NCBI GenBank assembly: GCA_020696365.1 | Contig: JAEHCM010000001.1 | Coordinates: 166,987 to 230,986 of the forward strand | DNA from: Thermoplasmata archaeon | GTDB lineage: Archaea > Thermoplasmatota > Thermoplasmata > UBA10834 | Length of the DNA: 64,000 bases | Direction: 5' to 3' | In this document: positions 9,531-18,603 of the stretch, piece after piece | How the letters are laid out: every line of letters begins with the position of its first letter | How positions within the stretch are numbered: position 1 is the first letter of the stretch | Translations under genes and position numbers: made by a program | The notes under the pieces: model-generated | What the model saw: the letters and a program-made list of their open reading frames with translations, nothing else | Databases searched by the model: none | Told to the model about the DNA's origin: nothing

Positions 9531-10262
9531 ATGGGCGTCATCGAGACGAAGGATGTGATGAAGGATTTTGGCGCGGTCAGAGCCCTCGACCGTGTGTCCA
9601 TAGATGTGCAGGCCGGGGATTTCTTCGGGTTCTTCGGCCCGAACGGTGCAGGCAAGACGACTCTGTTGAGGATACTGACTGGCCAGCTCGAGGCGACCTC
9701 GGGCAGCGTATCCGTGCTTGGCGTTGACGCTTTGAAGAATCCGATCAGGGTGAAGGAGTTGGTGGGAATCGTGCCAGAGGTCGAAAGCCCCCCGACATAT
9801 CTTACAGGGTACGAGTACCTGTACTTCGTAGGAAAAGTGCGGAAGTTGGACAAGCTTGAGGACCGGATAGATAGGTGGCTGACGTTCTTCGACCTCGACA
9901 CCAAGAAAGGGGTCATCTGTAAGGACCTGTCGAAGGGCATGAGACAGAAGCTGATGATCGCGTCCGCATTCATGCACGATCCCAAGCTGGCGTTCCTGGA
10001 CGAACCGTTCATCAACCTCGACCCTATCTATCAGAAGCTGCTCAGGGAGTTTCTGCAGGAATACGTCTCGAACGGCGGGACCATCTTCATGTGTTCGCAC
10101 ATTCTGGAGATATCGGAGAAGCTCTGCAATAGGATGGCCATTGTCGACTCCGGAAAGGTCGTCGTGCAAGGGAGCAAGGACGACCTCGTCGGCAAGGGCG
10201 AGAGTCTCGAGGAGTTCTTCCTGAGAACGATAGGAGGGAACCGGAAACGCGCACTCTCCTGA
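9531..10262 (+). CDS. ABC exporter ATP-binding protein
   Basis: GPNGAGKTT, LSKGMRQK, FLDEP and CSH motifs. Confidence 0.93.
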   Translation: MGVIETKDVMKDFGAVRALDRVSIDVQAGDFFGFFGPNGAGKTTLLRILTGQLEATSGSVSVLGVDALKNPIRVKELVGIVPEVESPPTYLTGYEYLYFVGKVRKLDKLEDRIDRWLTFFDLDTKKGVICKDLSKGMRQKLMIASAFMHDPKLAFLDEPFINLDPIYQKLLREFLQEYVSNGGTIFMCSHILEISEKLCNRMAIVDSGKVVVQGSKDDLVGKGESLEEFFLRTIGGNRKRALS

Positions 10263-10267
10263 GCCTG

Positions 10268-11716
10268 ATGCTGCGAGAGGAGTTTCGGAGCCATGCGACA
10301 TACTCCGGGACAGAGCGGTTCTTGTCGTTCCCATTCTTCGTGTTCTTCATATCTGCGACGATTGGCCTGACTCTGAACAGGATATCCGAGACGGTGTCCC
10401 TGGAAGAACTCGCTACCTTCGCACACCTCTCCGCCTTCATCTATGGCCTGAGCGTGGGTGCGTTCGGGCTCATGGGTAGACAATACCTTGAGAGGCGATA
10501 CGGCAGGAGCAACTACCTAGTGGCGATGCCGTTCCTGCTGCCCATGTCGTTCAGGAAGACATTCCTGGGCATATATCTGAGAGACGCGGTGTTCTATGTC
10601 GTTCTCCTGCTCGTCCCTGCCACCCTGGGAATCGCAGCGGTCGCCCCTGTGATGGGGTTCTCTCTTGTGAGCATAGGGTTGTTCTTCGTCGCAGTCCTGG
10701 CGACGTTCATGGTGGGCCTTTCACTCAGCTTCTTGGCGTCGGTGCTGTTCATACGGAGCACCCCGGTCTTCCTGGCGCTTACTGCTTTCGTCGCATCGGT
10801 TTTCGTACTCCATCTGGCCACCGGAAGCCCGGCTTTGAACGAGATCCTCCTGTCTGTGGAGTTCCAGATGAACGTCCGACCTCTTGGAGCGGATACCGAG
10901 GCCGCCGTCGTCAGCTTCGCCTTGTCCGCGGCGATGGCCCTGGCTATGACCATCGGAGCATGCGTACTCGTGACTGTTCGGCTGGAATCGTCGAGCCAGA
11001 TGTACCCGAGCGTACTTCCCTCGTATCACGAACGGCTCCCGATCGCACGCGGCCTCAACCGTACGTTGATATCGAAGGAACTAGTGGATCTCAGGAGGAG
11101 TGGCACGGTTGCGAAGATGTTCTTCTCACTGGTCCTGCCGCTGTTGTTCCTCGCATTCGCGGCTTGGTTCGTCAATCACGGTCTCGCCATACCGGTCGGC
11201 TTCAACACGGTCTTCTACGCGGCAATGGTCGGGTTCGTAGGGATACTGATGTACAACTGGCTGAACAACATCGACCTCTCAGAATACTACTCCCTGATAC
11301 CCGTTACCGTACCACAGCTCATAAGGGTACGGGTCGCCGTGTTTCTCATGCTCACCCTAGGGATATCTGCCTTCTTCGTCATCGGGATATCGATTATCAA
11401 CGGCGATACGGAGCTTCTTTGGCTGGCGCTTATCGTCATGTTCGTCACGTCGCTGTACATGGCCGCGTTGACGGCCTATCTCACGGGCTTGAAAACGAAC
11501 ACGTTCCTCTTCGACACCAGCATCCTCGCGAAGTTCAGCATCATGTCGTTCCTGCCGGACGTCTGCCTCACGATACTCTCGTTCAGCCTCCTCTCCAACT
11601 GGGTCGCGGCGTCCTCCGGGATATCTCTGGTCCTGTTCTCGATGCTCTTCACAACATGGATCCTCTATCGGGGAATCGAATCGAGATGGCGAACGACCTC
11701 GTTCGCGGCCGGGTGA
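10268..11716 (+). CDS. putative ABC exporter permease
   Basis: About 12 TM segments in two repeats (LREEFRS..., SKELVDLRRS...), directly after the ATPase. Confidence 0.75.
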   Translation: MLREEFRSHATYSGTERFLSFPFFVFFISATIGLTLNRISETVSLEELATFAHLSAFIYGLSVGAFGLMGRQYLERRYGRSNYLVAMPFLLPMSFRKTFLGIYLRDAVFYVVLLLVPATLGIAAVAPVMGFSLVSIGLFFVAVLATFMVGLSLSFLASVLFIRSTPVFLALTAFVASVFVLHLATGSPALNEILLSVEFQMNVRPLGADTEAAVVSFALSAAMALAMTIGACVLVTVRLESSSQMYPSVLPSYHERLPIARGLNRTLISKELVDLRRSGTVAKMFFSLVLPLLFLAFAAWFVNHGLAIPVGFNTVFYAAMVGFVGILMYNWLNNIDLSEYYSLIPVTVPQLIRVRVAVFLMLTLGISAFFVIGISIINGDTELLWLALIVMFVTSLYMAALTAYLTGLKTNTFLFDTSILAKFSIMSFLPDVCLTILSFSLLSNWVAASSGISLVLFSMLFTTWILYRGIESRWRTTSFAAG

Positions 11717-11741
11717 TGGAGATAAAAGGAGGTGTTCAACT

Positions 11742-12314
11742 GTGGATAGGCCGGTCTTGACAAGGCGGTTAGTACATTCCCTACTCGCGGTCGCACCAGT
11801 GTATTATCTCATCCCTGTCGATCTGCCAGTGTCGCCTCTGAAGAGATGGCATCTTCTCATCATCTTCTTCGTGGCAGTCGCCCTGTTCGAGTCCGTGAGG
11901 CTCTGGAAAGGGGTCACCTTCTTCGGCTTTCGCCCTCATGAGAGGAACTCGATCGCGTCATACGCCTGGGCCGTCGCCGGGATAACGCTCGCCCTGTGGT
12001 TGATGCCGTGGGAGGTCGCCACCCCTGTCCTGGTAGGCATGGGACTCGTAGACCCTCTCGCTGGGGAGCTGAGGCGCGTGAAACCCGCCAGATGGCTTCA
12101 GATACTGCCACCGCTCGCAGCGTACGTCGCCATCTGCATGATTGCTTTTGTGACGCTCACCGACGCACCAATCCCGGAGCTGGTCGCCATCTCATGTCTG
12201 GGTGCAGTCCTGGCCGTGGTGGCGGAGAGGCGGAGGATTCCCTACGTGGATGACGATTTCCTCATGATAATCGTCCCTGGCATCGTGATGAGCCTGCTAT
12301 GGTTGGCTTTGTAG
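11742..12314 (+). CDS. polyprenol/diacylglycerol kinase (CTP_transf_1-like) membrane protein
   Basis: RRLVH, RPHE, DPLAG and VDDDF motifs; hydrophobic. Confidence 0.65.
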   Translation: MDRPVLTRRLVHSLLAVAPVYYLIPVDLPVSPLKRWHLLIIFFVAVALFESVRLWKGVTFFGFRPHERNSIASYAWAVAGITLALWLMPWEVATPVLVGMGLVDPLAGELRRVKPARWLQILPPLAAYVAICMIAFVTLTDAPIPELVAISCLGAVLAVVAERRRIPYVDDDFLMIIVPGIVMSLLWLAL

Positions 12315-12343
12315 AACCTGCGCCAGACCATCGGAGGCTGCGG

Positions 12344-12643
12344 TCACTCGTCGAGTATGTCTAGCTTCCCGAACTTGCCCGTGCTCACCTGGAGTTGATT
12401 CTTGAACGATGACACCCAGCCGTTAGTTATCTTTATCTTCGCGTCGATCTCCACTTTGTCGATGTCCTCGTTCCAGAGGGTGAGGTTTACACTCTCTCCC
12501 TCGTCGTCCTTTCCGACCGCGTCACATACCCGGCCTGAAGCGTCCGACCACTTCGACTGGAACTCCCTCGGCTCGCTCTTTTCCACTACGGTGAGGACGA
12601 TCTCCTCGACTTTGGACCGGTCCTTTAGATCCTTGGCCATCAT
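12344..12643 (-). CDS. single OB-fold ssDNA-binding protein
   Basis: KDLK..., VVEKSEPREF, LTLWNEDI, ITNGWV and GKFGKL motifs. Confidence 0.85.
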   Translation of the reverse strand: MMAKDLKDRSKVEEIVLTVVEKSEPREFQSKWSDASGRVCDAVGKDDEGESVNLTLWNEDIDKVEIDAKIKITNGWVSSFKNQLQVSTGKFGKLDILDE

Positions 12644-12828
12644 GTTGTTCGCCTGCGAGCGCCCCAAGGAACTCCTCCCTCTAAAATACCTTTCCCCGGT
12701 TCGAACACCCCTCGAACGATGTCGAACTGCGAAGCACGACTGTGATTTTCGTACCGAGCCAGACGATTCTCACGACTTGATGTCATTCCAATTAGTCTTA
12801 TATTCTCGCACTCAGATAGGGGCCGTCC

Positions 12829-13329
12829 ATGGCTAGGATCAAGGTCATAACCGAACCGGCAGAGCTTGTGCCTATGTTCCGGGCGGTTGATACGAAGATT
12901 AAAAGGGCGGTCTTGAAACTGGTCACCCTCGAATGGCATACGATGCGAGACATCGAGAAACAGTTCGGTTCCGAGGGGAAGGAGGCTCTTACATTCTTCG
13001 AGAAGATGAAGCTGGTGGAGACCAGATGGCAGACATCCGCAGAGCTCCAGCAGCCGGAGAAGGCATATCACACCTACTACACTTCGTTCCATATCAACGC
13101 GTCTTGGCCCGTGTATGAGATCAGCGACGTCCTCGCCGCGGCCGTCATGCCTGAGAAGGAGTTCTCGAAGATCGAGAAGCAGATCTACGAGCTGGTAGGC
13201 CCCACCGGGAAGTTCGCAGGCGATGTGGCCGAAGTACTGGGAGCTACGTTCACGATGCTGAAGAGCCTCGTCAAGAGGAGCACGAAGCTCGACTACCGTG
13301 GCCATAGGGTCGAACGTATGAAGGAATGA
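12829..13329 (+). CDS. archaeal ArsR-family transcriptional regulator
   Basis: EPAELVPMF...W.T..DI...G.EAL..FEKMKLVETRW...PEKAYHTYY pattern. Confidence 0.75.
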   Translation: MARIKVITEPAELVPMFRAVDTKIKRAVLKLVTLEWHTMRDIEKQFGSEGKEALTFFEKMKLVETRWQTSAELQQPEKAYHTYYTSFHINASWPVYEISDVLAAAVMPEKEFSKIEKQIYELVGPTGKFAGDVAEVLGATFTMLKSLVKRSTKLDYRGHRVERMKE

Positions 13330-13353
13330 CCTCATGGTGCCGGTGATCCATGC

Positions 13354-13878
13354 ATGATTGTGGTGTTGAGGCTCGGTCATCGGCCGTCGAGAGATAAGCG
13401 TGTCACTACGCATGTGGCGCTGACTGCGCGCGCGTTCGGCGCGGCCGAGGTGTGGGTTTCGACCAAGGACGCCGAGCTGGAGAAGACGATCAACTCCGTT
13501 GTATCACGATTCGGGGGCGAGTTCGCGATACGCACCGGAATAAAATGGCGTGACGCGATGAGGTCGTGGAAAGGCAAGACAGTTCACCTGACGATGTACG
13601 GTGAGCGCATGGATGAGGTGATGCGGTCGCTGAACCCCTTGTCCGATCTGCTTATTGTGGTGGGCGCGGAGAAGGTTCCGAGGGACGCATACAACCTCGC
13701 GGATTGGAATGTATCCGTCGGCAACCAGCCTCACTCGGAGATCGCCGCATTGGCGGTATTCATGGACCGTCTCACCGGAGGCGACAGTCTGTATGCGGAG
13801 ATCGACGGTCGAATCAAGGTCGTTCCGAACCCCAGGGGGAAGACAGTCATTGACTCAGAGAAAGGGCAGGACGGATGA
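13354..13878 (+). CDS. trm56: tRNA (cytidine56-2'-O)-methyltransferase
   Basis: LRLGHR..RDKRVTTHVALTARAFGA, VHLTMYG, VGAEKVP and VGNQPHSE motifs. Confidence 0.96.
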   Translation: MIVVLRLGHRPSRDKRVTTHVALTARAFGAAEVWVSTKDAELEKTINSVVSRFGGEFAIRTGIKWRDAMRSWKGKTVHLTMYGERMDEVMRSLNPLSDLLIVVGAEKVPRDAYNLADWNVSVGNQPHSEIAALAVFMDRLTGGDSLYAEIDGRIKVVPNPRGKTVIDSEKGQDG

Positions 13879-14395
13879 GATCCCCAACCGCGAAGAGTGC
13901 TTAGCGATACTCAGGACGGCTGGCTGTACCGAGGAGGTCGTGGCCCATTGTGAGGCGGTGTCGCATGTTGCTGTCAAGATCGCGAGGCGATGCGGCGCTG
14001 GAGTACAGATCGTCGAAGCTGGAGCTCTTCTTCATGATATCGGAAGGTCGGTACGACATTCCATCGATCACGCGGTCCTAGGCGCCGAGTTGGCCCGGGA
14101 GCTAGCACTCGCCCCTCAGATCGTGATAATCATCGAGAGGCACATAGGAGCCGGCATCCTGAAGGGCGAAGCCGCAGCCCTCGGTCTGCCTGAGCGAGAC
14201 TACGTTCCGGAGACTCTCGAGGAGAAGATCGTTTCCCACGCCGACAATCTCATCGCAGGCGACAGGCGGGTGACTGTCAAGGAGACCGTGGCAGATCTGG
14301 TCAGGCGCGGTCTCAGGGACGCTGCCGTCAGAACGGTCAAGCTGCACGAGGAATTGTCTCAGATTGCGGGGATCGATGTGGACAGGATAATCTGA
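13850..14395 (+). CDS. HDIG-domain metal-dependent phosphohydrolase
   Basis: HC..V, LLHDIG, HAVLG, RHIGAG and EEKIVSHADN motifs. Inferred TTG start after AGGGGGA, overlapping the trm56 end. Confidence 0.88.
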   Translation: MTQRKGRTDEIPNREECLAILRTAGCTEEVVAHCEAVSHVAVKIARRCGAGVQIVEAGALLHDIGRSVRHSIDHAVLGAELARELALAPQIVIIIERHIGAGILKGEAAALGLPERDYVPETLEEKIVSHADNLIAGDRRVTVKETVADLVRRGLRDAAVRTVKLHEELSQIAGIDVDRII

Positions 14396-14402
14396 TCAGA
14401 AT

Positions 14403-14915
14403 TCATGGTCGGTATCTGACGAACTCTCCCCTGATGTGCGCGTCCTTCAGCGCGGCGTATTCCTCAGCGTTTCTCTTCGCAGCGTCGCGCAACGATGGGT
14501 CGTCCCGCCTAACTATCCTAGCCGGAACCCCCAGCACAAGACTCCCTTCGGGGATCGTCATGCCTGATGTCACCAGGGCGTTAGCACCGATGATTGAACC
14601 GCTGCCGACATCCGCCTCGTCGAGGATGGACGCGTTCATGCCAACTATCACGCAGTCTCCTATGTGTGCCGCGTGGACGATCGCGCCATGGCCTATTGTG
14701 ACATTCTCACCTATGATGGTCGGTCTGCCCGGATTGCCGTGAATCTGACAATGCTCTTGAACGTTCGAACCCTTGCCGATCCTCACTTCTGAGAGGTCTG
14801 CCCTGATCACCGCGTACGGCCAGATGCTGCACCCTGGCCCGATGACTGCGTCACCGATGATAATCGCCTCCGGCGCGACATAGCAGCCGGGACCGACCGT
14901 TGGCACCTTAGACAC
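14403..14915 (-). CDS. gamma carbonic anhydrase family (left-handed beta helix) protein
   Basis: Hexapeptide repeats; RAD, SNVQE, H, GHGAIVH and GVPAR motifs. Confidence 0.9.
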   Translation of the reverse strand: MSKVPTVGPGCYVAPEAIIIGDAVIGPGCSIWPYAVIRADLSEVRIGKGSNVQEHCQIHGNPGRPTIIGENVTIGHGAIVHAAHIGDCVIVGMNASILDEADVGSGSIIGANALVTSGMTIPEGSLVLGVPARIVRRDDPSLRDAAKRNAEEYAALKDAHIRGEFVRYRP

Positions 14916-14956
14916 ATAGCGCGAGAGGGCGGGCAGAAATAAAACCTTTACTTGTC

Positions 14957-15241
14957 CTAATCCGCGGCATTCTTCGTCTTCTTCGGTTTGCCCTTCTTAA
15001 GGGCGACCCTCTTCGGGAAGTACTTCAGGATTATCACGTCGCCTATCGAGCCAATCCATCTGTACGGAACGTTGACCGCCTTCGAATTCTCGACAAGCAT
15101 CGGGTTCGTGTTGCTTATGAATAGTCCTTGGACCTTGTTCTCATCTACTTCCACGACTAGGTTTGAAACGCTTCCCAAGTATATCGCTTGGTTAGTGTAA
15201 ACCTGCAGACCGATCATTTCAGAAGCTTCCTCGAGCATCAT
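14957..15241 (-). CDS. PRC-barrel domain protein
   Basis: MIGLQVYT...YLGSVSNLVVE...VPYRWIGSIGDVIIL. Confidence 0.88.
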   Translation of the reverse strand: MMLEEASEMIGLQVYTNQAIYLGSVSNLVVEVDENKVQGLFISNTNPMLVENSKAVNVPYRWIGSIGDVIILKYFPKRVALKKGKPKKTKNAAD

Positions 15242-15422
15242 GCATCCCTACCGACCGTATCGTCCTTGAATCTTTAAATAGTTTCTCTTTGCCAGTATCT
15301 TCGTGCACGCGCGCTCAGGAGCGCGTGACAGGGCCGTTCTGTTTCGCCGTTACAGTTATGTACGGCGTGCCCAATTCGTTATTGCACAGAGGTCGCACAA
15401 TCGTGCAAACACGGTGATGCTG

Positions 15423-15830
15423 ATGTCATCCGAAGTTGAAGAGATAAGGCGAAGGAAACTCGAGGAGATGCAGACGAGAGCTACGCAGGGTGGGGATGGG
15501 TTCCCCGACTCGCCGATCGTCGTCACAGATTCGAGTTTCGAGGAGTTCATAGGAAAACACGACACGGTCGTGGTCGACTGCTGGGCGCCGTGGTGCGCCC
15601 CTTGTCGTATGTTGTCGCCGACGATAGATGCCATGGCCAAGGACTACAAGGGCAAGGTTATCTTCGGCAAGCTCAACACCGATGAGAACTTCGAGACAGC
15701 CTCGAAGTTCGGGATCATGAGCATTCCAACTCTGCTCTACTTCAGGAAGGGAGAGCTCGTTCAAAAGACAGTGGGCGCTCTCTCGCGGTCAATAATCGAT
15801 GAGCAGCTGAAAGCCCTGGGTTCACGATGA
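15423..15830 (+). CDS. trxA: thioredoxin with N-terminal helical extension
   Basis: WCAPC and SIPTL motifs; EVEEIRRRKLEEM extension; SD GGTGA. Confidence 0.93.
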   Translation: MSSEVEEIRRRKLEEMQTRATQGGDGFPDSPIVVTDSSFEEFIGKHDTVVVDCWAPWCAPCRMLSPTIDAMAKDYKGKVIFGKLNTDENFETASKFGIMSIPTLLYFRKGELVQKTVGALSRSIIDEQLKALGSR

Positions 15831-15837
15831 TGTGAGC

Positions 15838-15870
15838 GCTCCCCCCTCTCACCCCCCTTTTCTTTCTCGT
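15838..15870 (+). terminator. putative pyrimidine-rich terminator after trxA
   Basis: CTCCCCCCTCTCACCCCCCTTTTCTTTCTC immediately after the stop. Confidence 0.4.
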
Positions 15871-15955
15871 TCCGTCAGCAGTCGCCATCGACTCTCTGCT
15901 TCTGAGATGGAACTCATGAATCGACTCTGACTTGAGTGGCGAGAGAGCAGTTCTT

Positions 15956-16477
15956 CTAGATTCCCGATTTCCTTGCGGCCAGACGTATCGCCTCGGTGAC
16001 GCTGTCCCTGGGCAGTATGGTAGCAATCGGGATGTCTACGACCTTCTCTACCGTCGAGCTGACTATCGGTGCGCAGACGATGGCCGTCGCGCCGTCTCTC
16101 TCTGCTCTAACAGATGCTACAATCGCATCTTCAACCGTTGTAGCGGGGTATTCTCTCGTGCGCAACTCTCTGCCTTCTATGCTTACGGATCTCTCGACCA
16201 CCTCATCGAGAACGTGTCTCGCTGCGATGACTGCGATGAAGTTCCCTTCCTTCCTTCCCTCGAGCTCCCTGACCGACAAGAGGATTTTCCTCAGAATGTC
16301 AAGACTGGGCGATCGTTCCCCGTTGACTATCTTGTATAGCGTGCTGGATGATATGCCCGCTCTTTCGGCGAGTTCTTTCGTTGTGATTTCGAGGGAAGCG
16401 AATGTCTCTCGAAGCGTCTGCTTGAAAGCCTCGTCTGATTCCGCTGCAGCTCTCAGCAATTTGCCGTATTTGTCCAC
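15956..16477 (-). CDS. XRE-HTH transcriptional regulator with C-terminal effector domain
   Basis: KELAERAGISSSTLYKIVNGERSPS HTH; C-terminal FIAVIAAR...AIVCAPI. GTG start after GAGGT is inferred. Confidence 0.85.
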   Translation of the reverse strand: MDKYGKLLRAAAESDEAFKQTLRETFASLEITTKELAERAGISSSTLYKIVNGERSPSLDILRKILLSVRELEGRKEGNFIAVIAARHVLDEVVERSVSIEGRELRTREYPATTVEDAIVASVRAERDGATAIVCAPIVSSTVEKVVDIPIATILPRDSVTEAIRLAARKSGI

Positions 16478-16598
16478 AGAATTGACCTCATTAGGCAAAT
16501 CAATGAGCGAATATTTATACAATTGTGCTATTTTAGGCACAGTATTGTGACAAGACTTATTAGGGGTCCGTAGTTAAGGAGAGCGCAGGGCTGAGACG

Positions 16599-17726
16599 AT
16601 GGAGAAGATGACTTCAATCATTGCGGTTGTGGTTGCAGCGGCGATCGTTCTTGCAGGGACTGCGCTCTACGTGCTGTACGACCTCGGCGACGACGATGGC
16701 GACGGAAATACCGTATACTATGTCGTAGAGCCTCCCTCGAGCATGAAGGGGACGCTCGCAGCCGGCCAGATCGACGGATATATCGCATGGGAACCATTCG
16801 TCTCAGATTCTGTGGTCGGCGGCGTGGGGACGGTTCTGAAGTGGTCCGGCGAGATAGTGCCGAACCACCCGTGCTGTGTGGTAGCCGTCCACGATCCGTT
16901 CATCTCAGACGACGAAGGGCAGGAGCTAGCCGCTCGTTTTCTCAAGGCCCACATGAACGCGACGGATTGGATTAATGCGGCCATGGAGAACAAGGCCAGT
17001 CCTGAGTACAATCTTCTGAAGGAAATCGCCGTCGATTTCACGATGAGGAATGAGTCCGTCGTTGAGGAAGCGCTCGACCATATGACGTTCCACTACGCTA
17101 CAGACGACGATTTCACCGTCGCACTCGAGAACTTCACCGAAATGTACCTCGACCTTGGCGTAATCGGAGAGGAGAAGATTGCCGATGGCGGCTATGAGAA
17201 CGTTACCGATTTCGTCGACCAGTACGTGAATGGCAGCTATCTGGAAATTGCCCAGTTCGTGGAGCCCGTTGACACAATACTCAACCCTGATTCCCCGATA
17301 AGGCTGGGTTTCCTGAGCGGCGATTTGCATCAACTGGCCCAGGCCGTAGCGAAGAGCAGTGAGGTTCTTGGCAATGGAAAGAGCATCTTCGAGAATTACG
17401 GCCTGAATGTCGACGACGCGATCGGCGCCCCGTTTGCGAACGGCGGTGCCGTGATGGACGCCTTCGCCGGGGGATACGTCGACATTGGCTACCTCGGGAG
17501 TCCGCCCGCCATCCTCAAGCATCTGAACGCCGAGGTAGACACGACAATACTCGCTCAGGTGAACATCGAGGGGAGCGCGATTGTCGTGAAGACCGGGTCT
17601 GGTATCGATAATCTCAATGGACTTGTCGGCAAGGTAGTCGCCACGCCCGGGGAGAGCTCGATACAGTTCCTCCTTCTGAAGATTGTGCTTCAGCAGGAGG
17701 GGTTGTCGCTCAAGATCCGGACTTGA
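16599..17726 (+). CDS. NitT/TauT-family ABC substrate-binding protein, circularly permuted, N-terminal anchor
   Basis: GQIDGYIAWEP and NHPCC occur before IRLGFL/FANG/GYLGSPP/EGSAIVV/ATPG..SIQ. Confidence 0.88.
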   Translation: MEKMTSIIAVVVAAAIVLAGTALYVLYDLGDDDGDGNTVYYVVEPPSSMKGTLAAGQIDGYIAWEPFVSDSVVGGVGTVLKWSGEIVPNHPCCVVAVHDPFISDDEGQELAARFLKAHMNATDWINAAMENKASPEYNLLKEIAVDFTMRNESVVEEALDHMTFHYATDDDFTVALENFTEMYLDLGVIGEEKIADGGYENVTDFVDQYVNGSYLEIAQFVEPVDTILNPDSPIRLGFLSGDLHQLAQAVAKSSEVLGNGKSIFENYGLNVDDAIGAPFANGGAVMDAFAGGYVDIGYLGSPPAILKHLNAEVDTTILAQVNIEGSAIVVKTGSGIDNLNGLVGKVVATPGESSIQFLLLKIVLQQEGLSLKIRT

Positions 17727-17781
17727 TGCGGACCCCCAAATCTATAGTCATCTCCCGCTCAATCATATCAGAGGGATAGGC

Positions 17782-18603
17782 ATGAAATCGCTCGCTCAAT
17801 TCATCAGGGGAACAGTACAAAGGAACTGGAGGCGTGTTCTCCTTGGGGCCCTGTCTTTAGTCGTGTTCTTCGGTGCCTGGCAGACTTATTCCTGGTACCT
17901 CAACGCGAACGATATCGGATACAAGGCGTACTTCCCGTACCCAGGCGAAGTGGCAGAGGCGTTCTTGGATTCGTTCGTGACTCCGGACTTCTCTGGCCTA
18001 CTGATGACGGATCACATCATGGCGAGCCTGAAAAGGATTTTCCTCGGTTTCACCCTCGCGTTCGCAATCGCCTTACCGGCAGGCCTGTTGATAGGAAGCT
18101 ATCTCACCGCGGAGGCCGTTGGCATGCCCATCGTCGAGATATTCAGACCAATCCCCCCGCTGGCATGGATTCCGATAGTCCTCATCGTCTTGGGCCATCT
18201 CTCGGGCCCAGTGGTGATTGTTTTTCTAGGCATCTTCTTCCCGGTGCTATTCAACGTGATTCTGGGCGTGAAGCGTGTGGATCCGCTGCTCCTCGACGCA
18301 GCGAAAACCCTTGGGGCTAAGAGGAACCACATCTTCTTCAAGGTCATATTACCGTTCACGACGCCCTATCTGATGACCGGGATCAAGGTGGGCTTGGGTA
18401 TCGGTTGGATGTGTATCGTTGCCGCGGAGATGGTCGGACAGTACGGTGGCGGTGTTGGGTACTATATCTGGGCGCGAACCGCGGAGAGCAATTACGACTA
18501 CGTCTTCGCAGGCATCGCGATGATTGCGATTCTCGGGATACTCACCACGGGCGTAGCGAGCCAGGTCGAGAGGAGGTTGTACAGATGGATGGGGATGAAG
18601 TAA
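17782..18603 (+). CDS. NitT/TauT-family ABC permease
   Basis: SLKRI..G, RPIPPLAWIP, AAKTLGA and IVAAEM motifs. Confidence 0.94.
   Translation: MKSLAQFIRGTVQRNWRRVLLGALSLVVFFGAWQTYSWYLNANDIGYKAYFPYPGEVAEAFLDSFVTPDFSGLLMTDHIMASLKRIFLGFTLAFAIALPAGLLIGSYLTAEAVGMPIVEIFRPIPPLAWIPIVLIVLGHLSGPVVIVFLGIFFPVLFNVILGVKRVDPLLLDAAKTLGAKRNHIFFKVILPFTTPYLMTGIKVGLGIGWMCIVAAEMVGQYGGGVGYYIWARTAESNYDYVFAGIAMIAILGILTTGVASQVERRLYRWMGMK

Noticed and set aside
13655-13878. Programmed frameshift fusing trm56 to the HD domain
   Set aside because: There is no clear slippery heptamer, and an independent TTG start with an SD explains the overlap.
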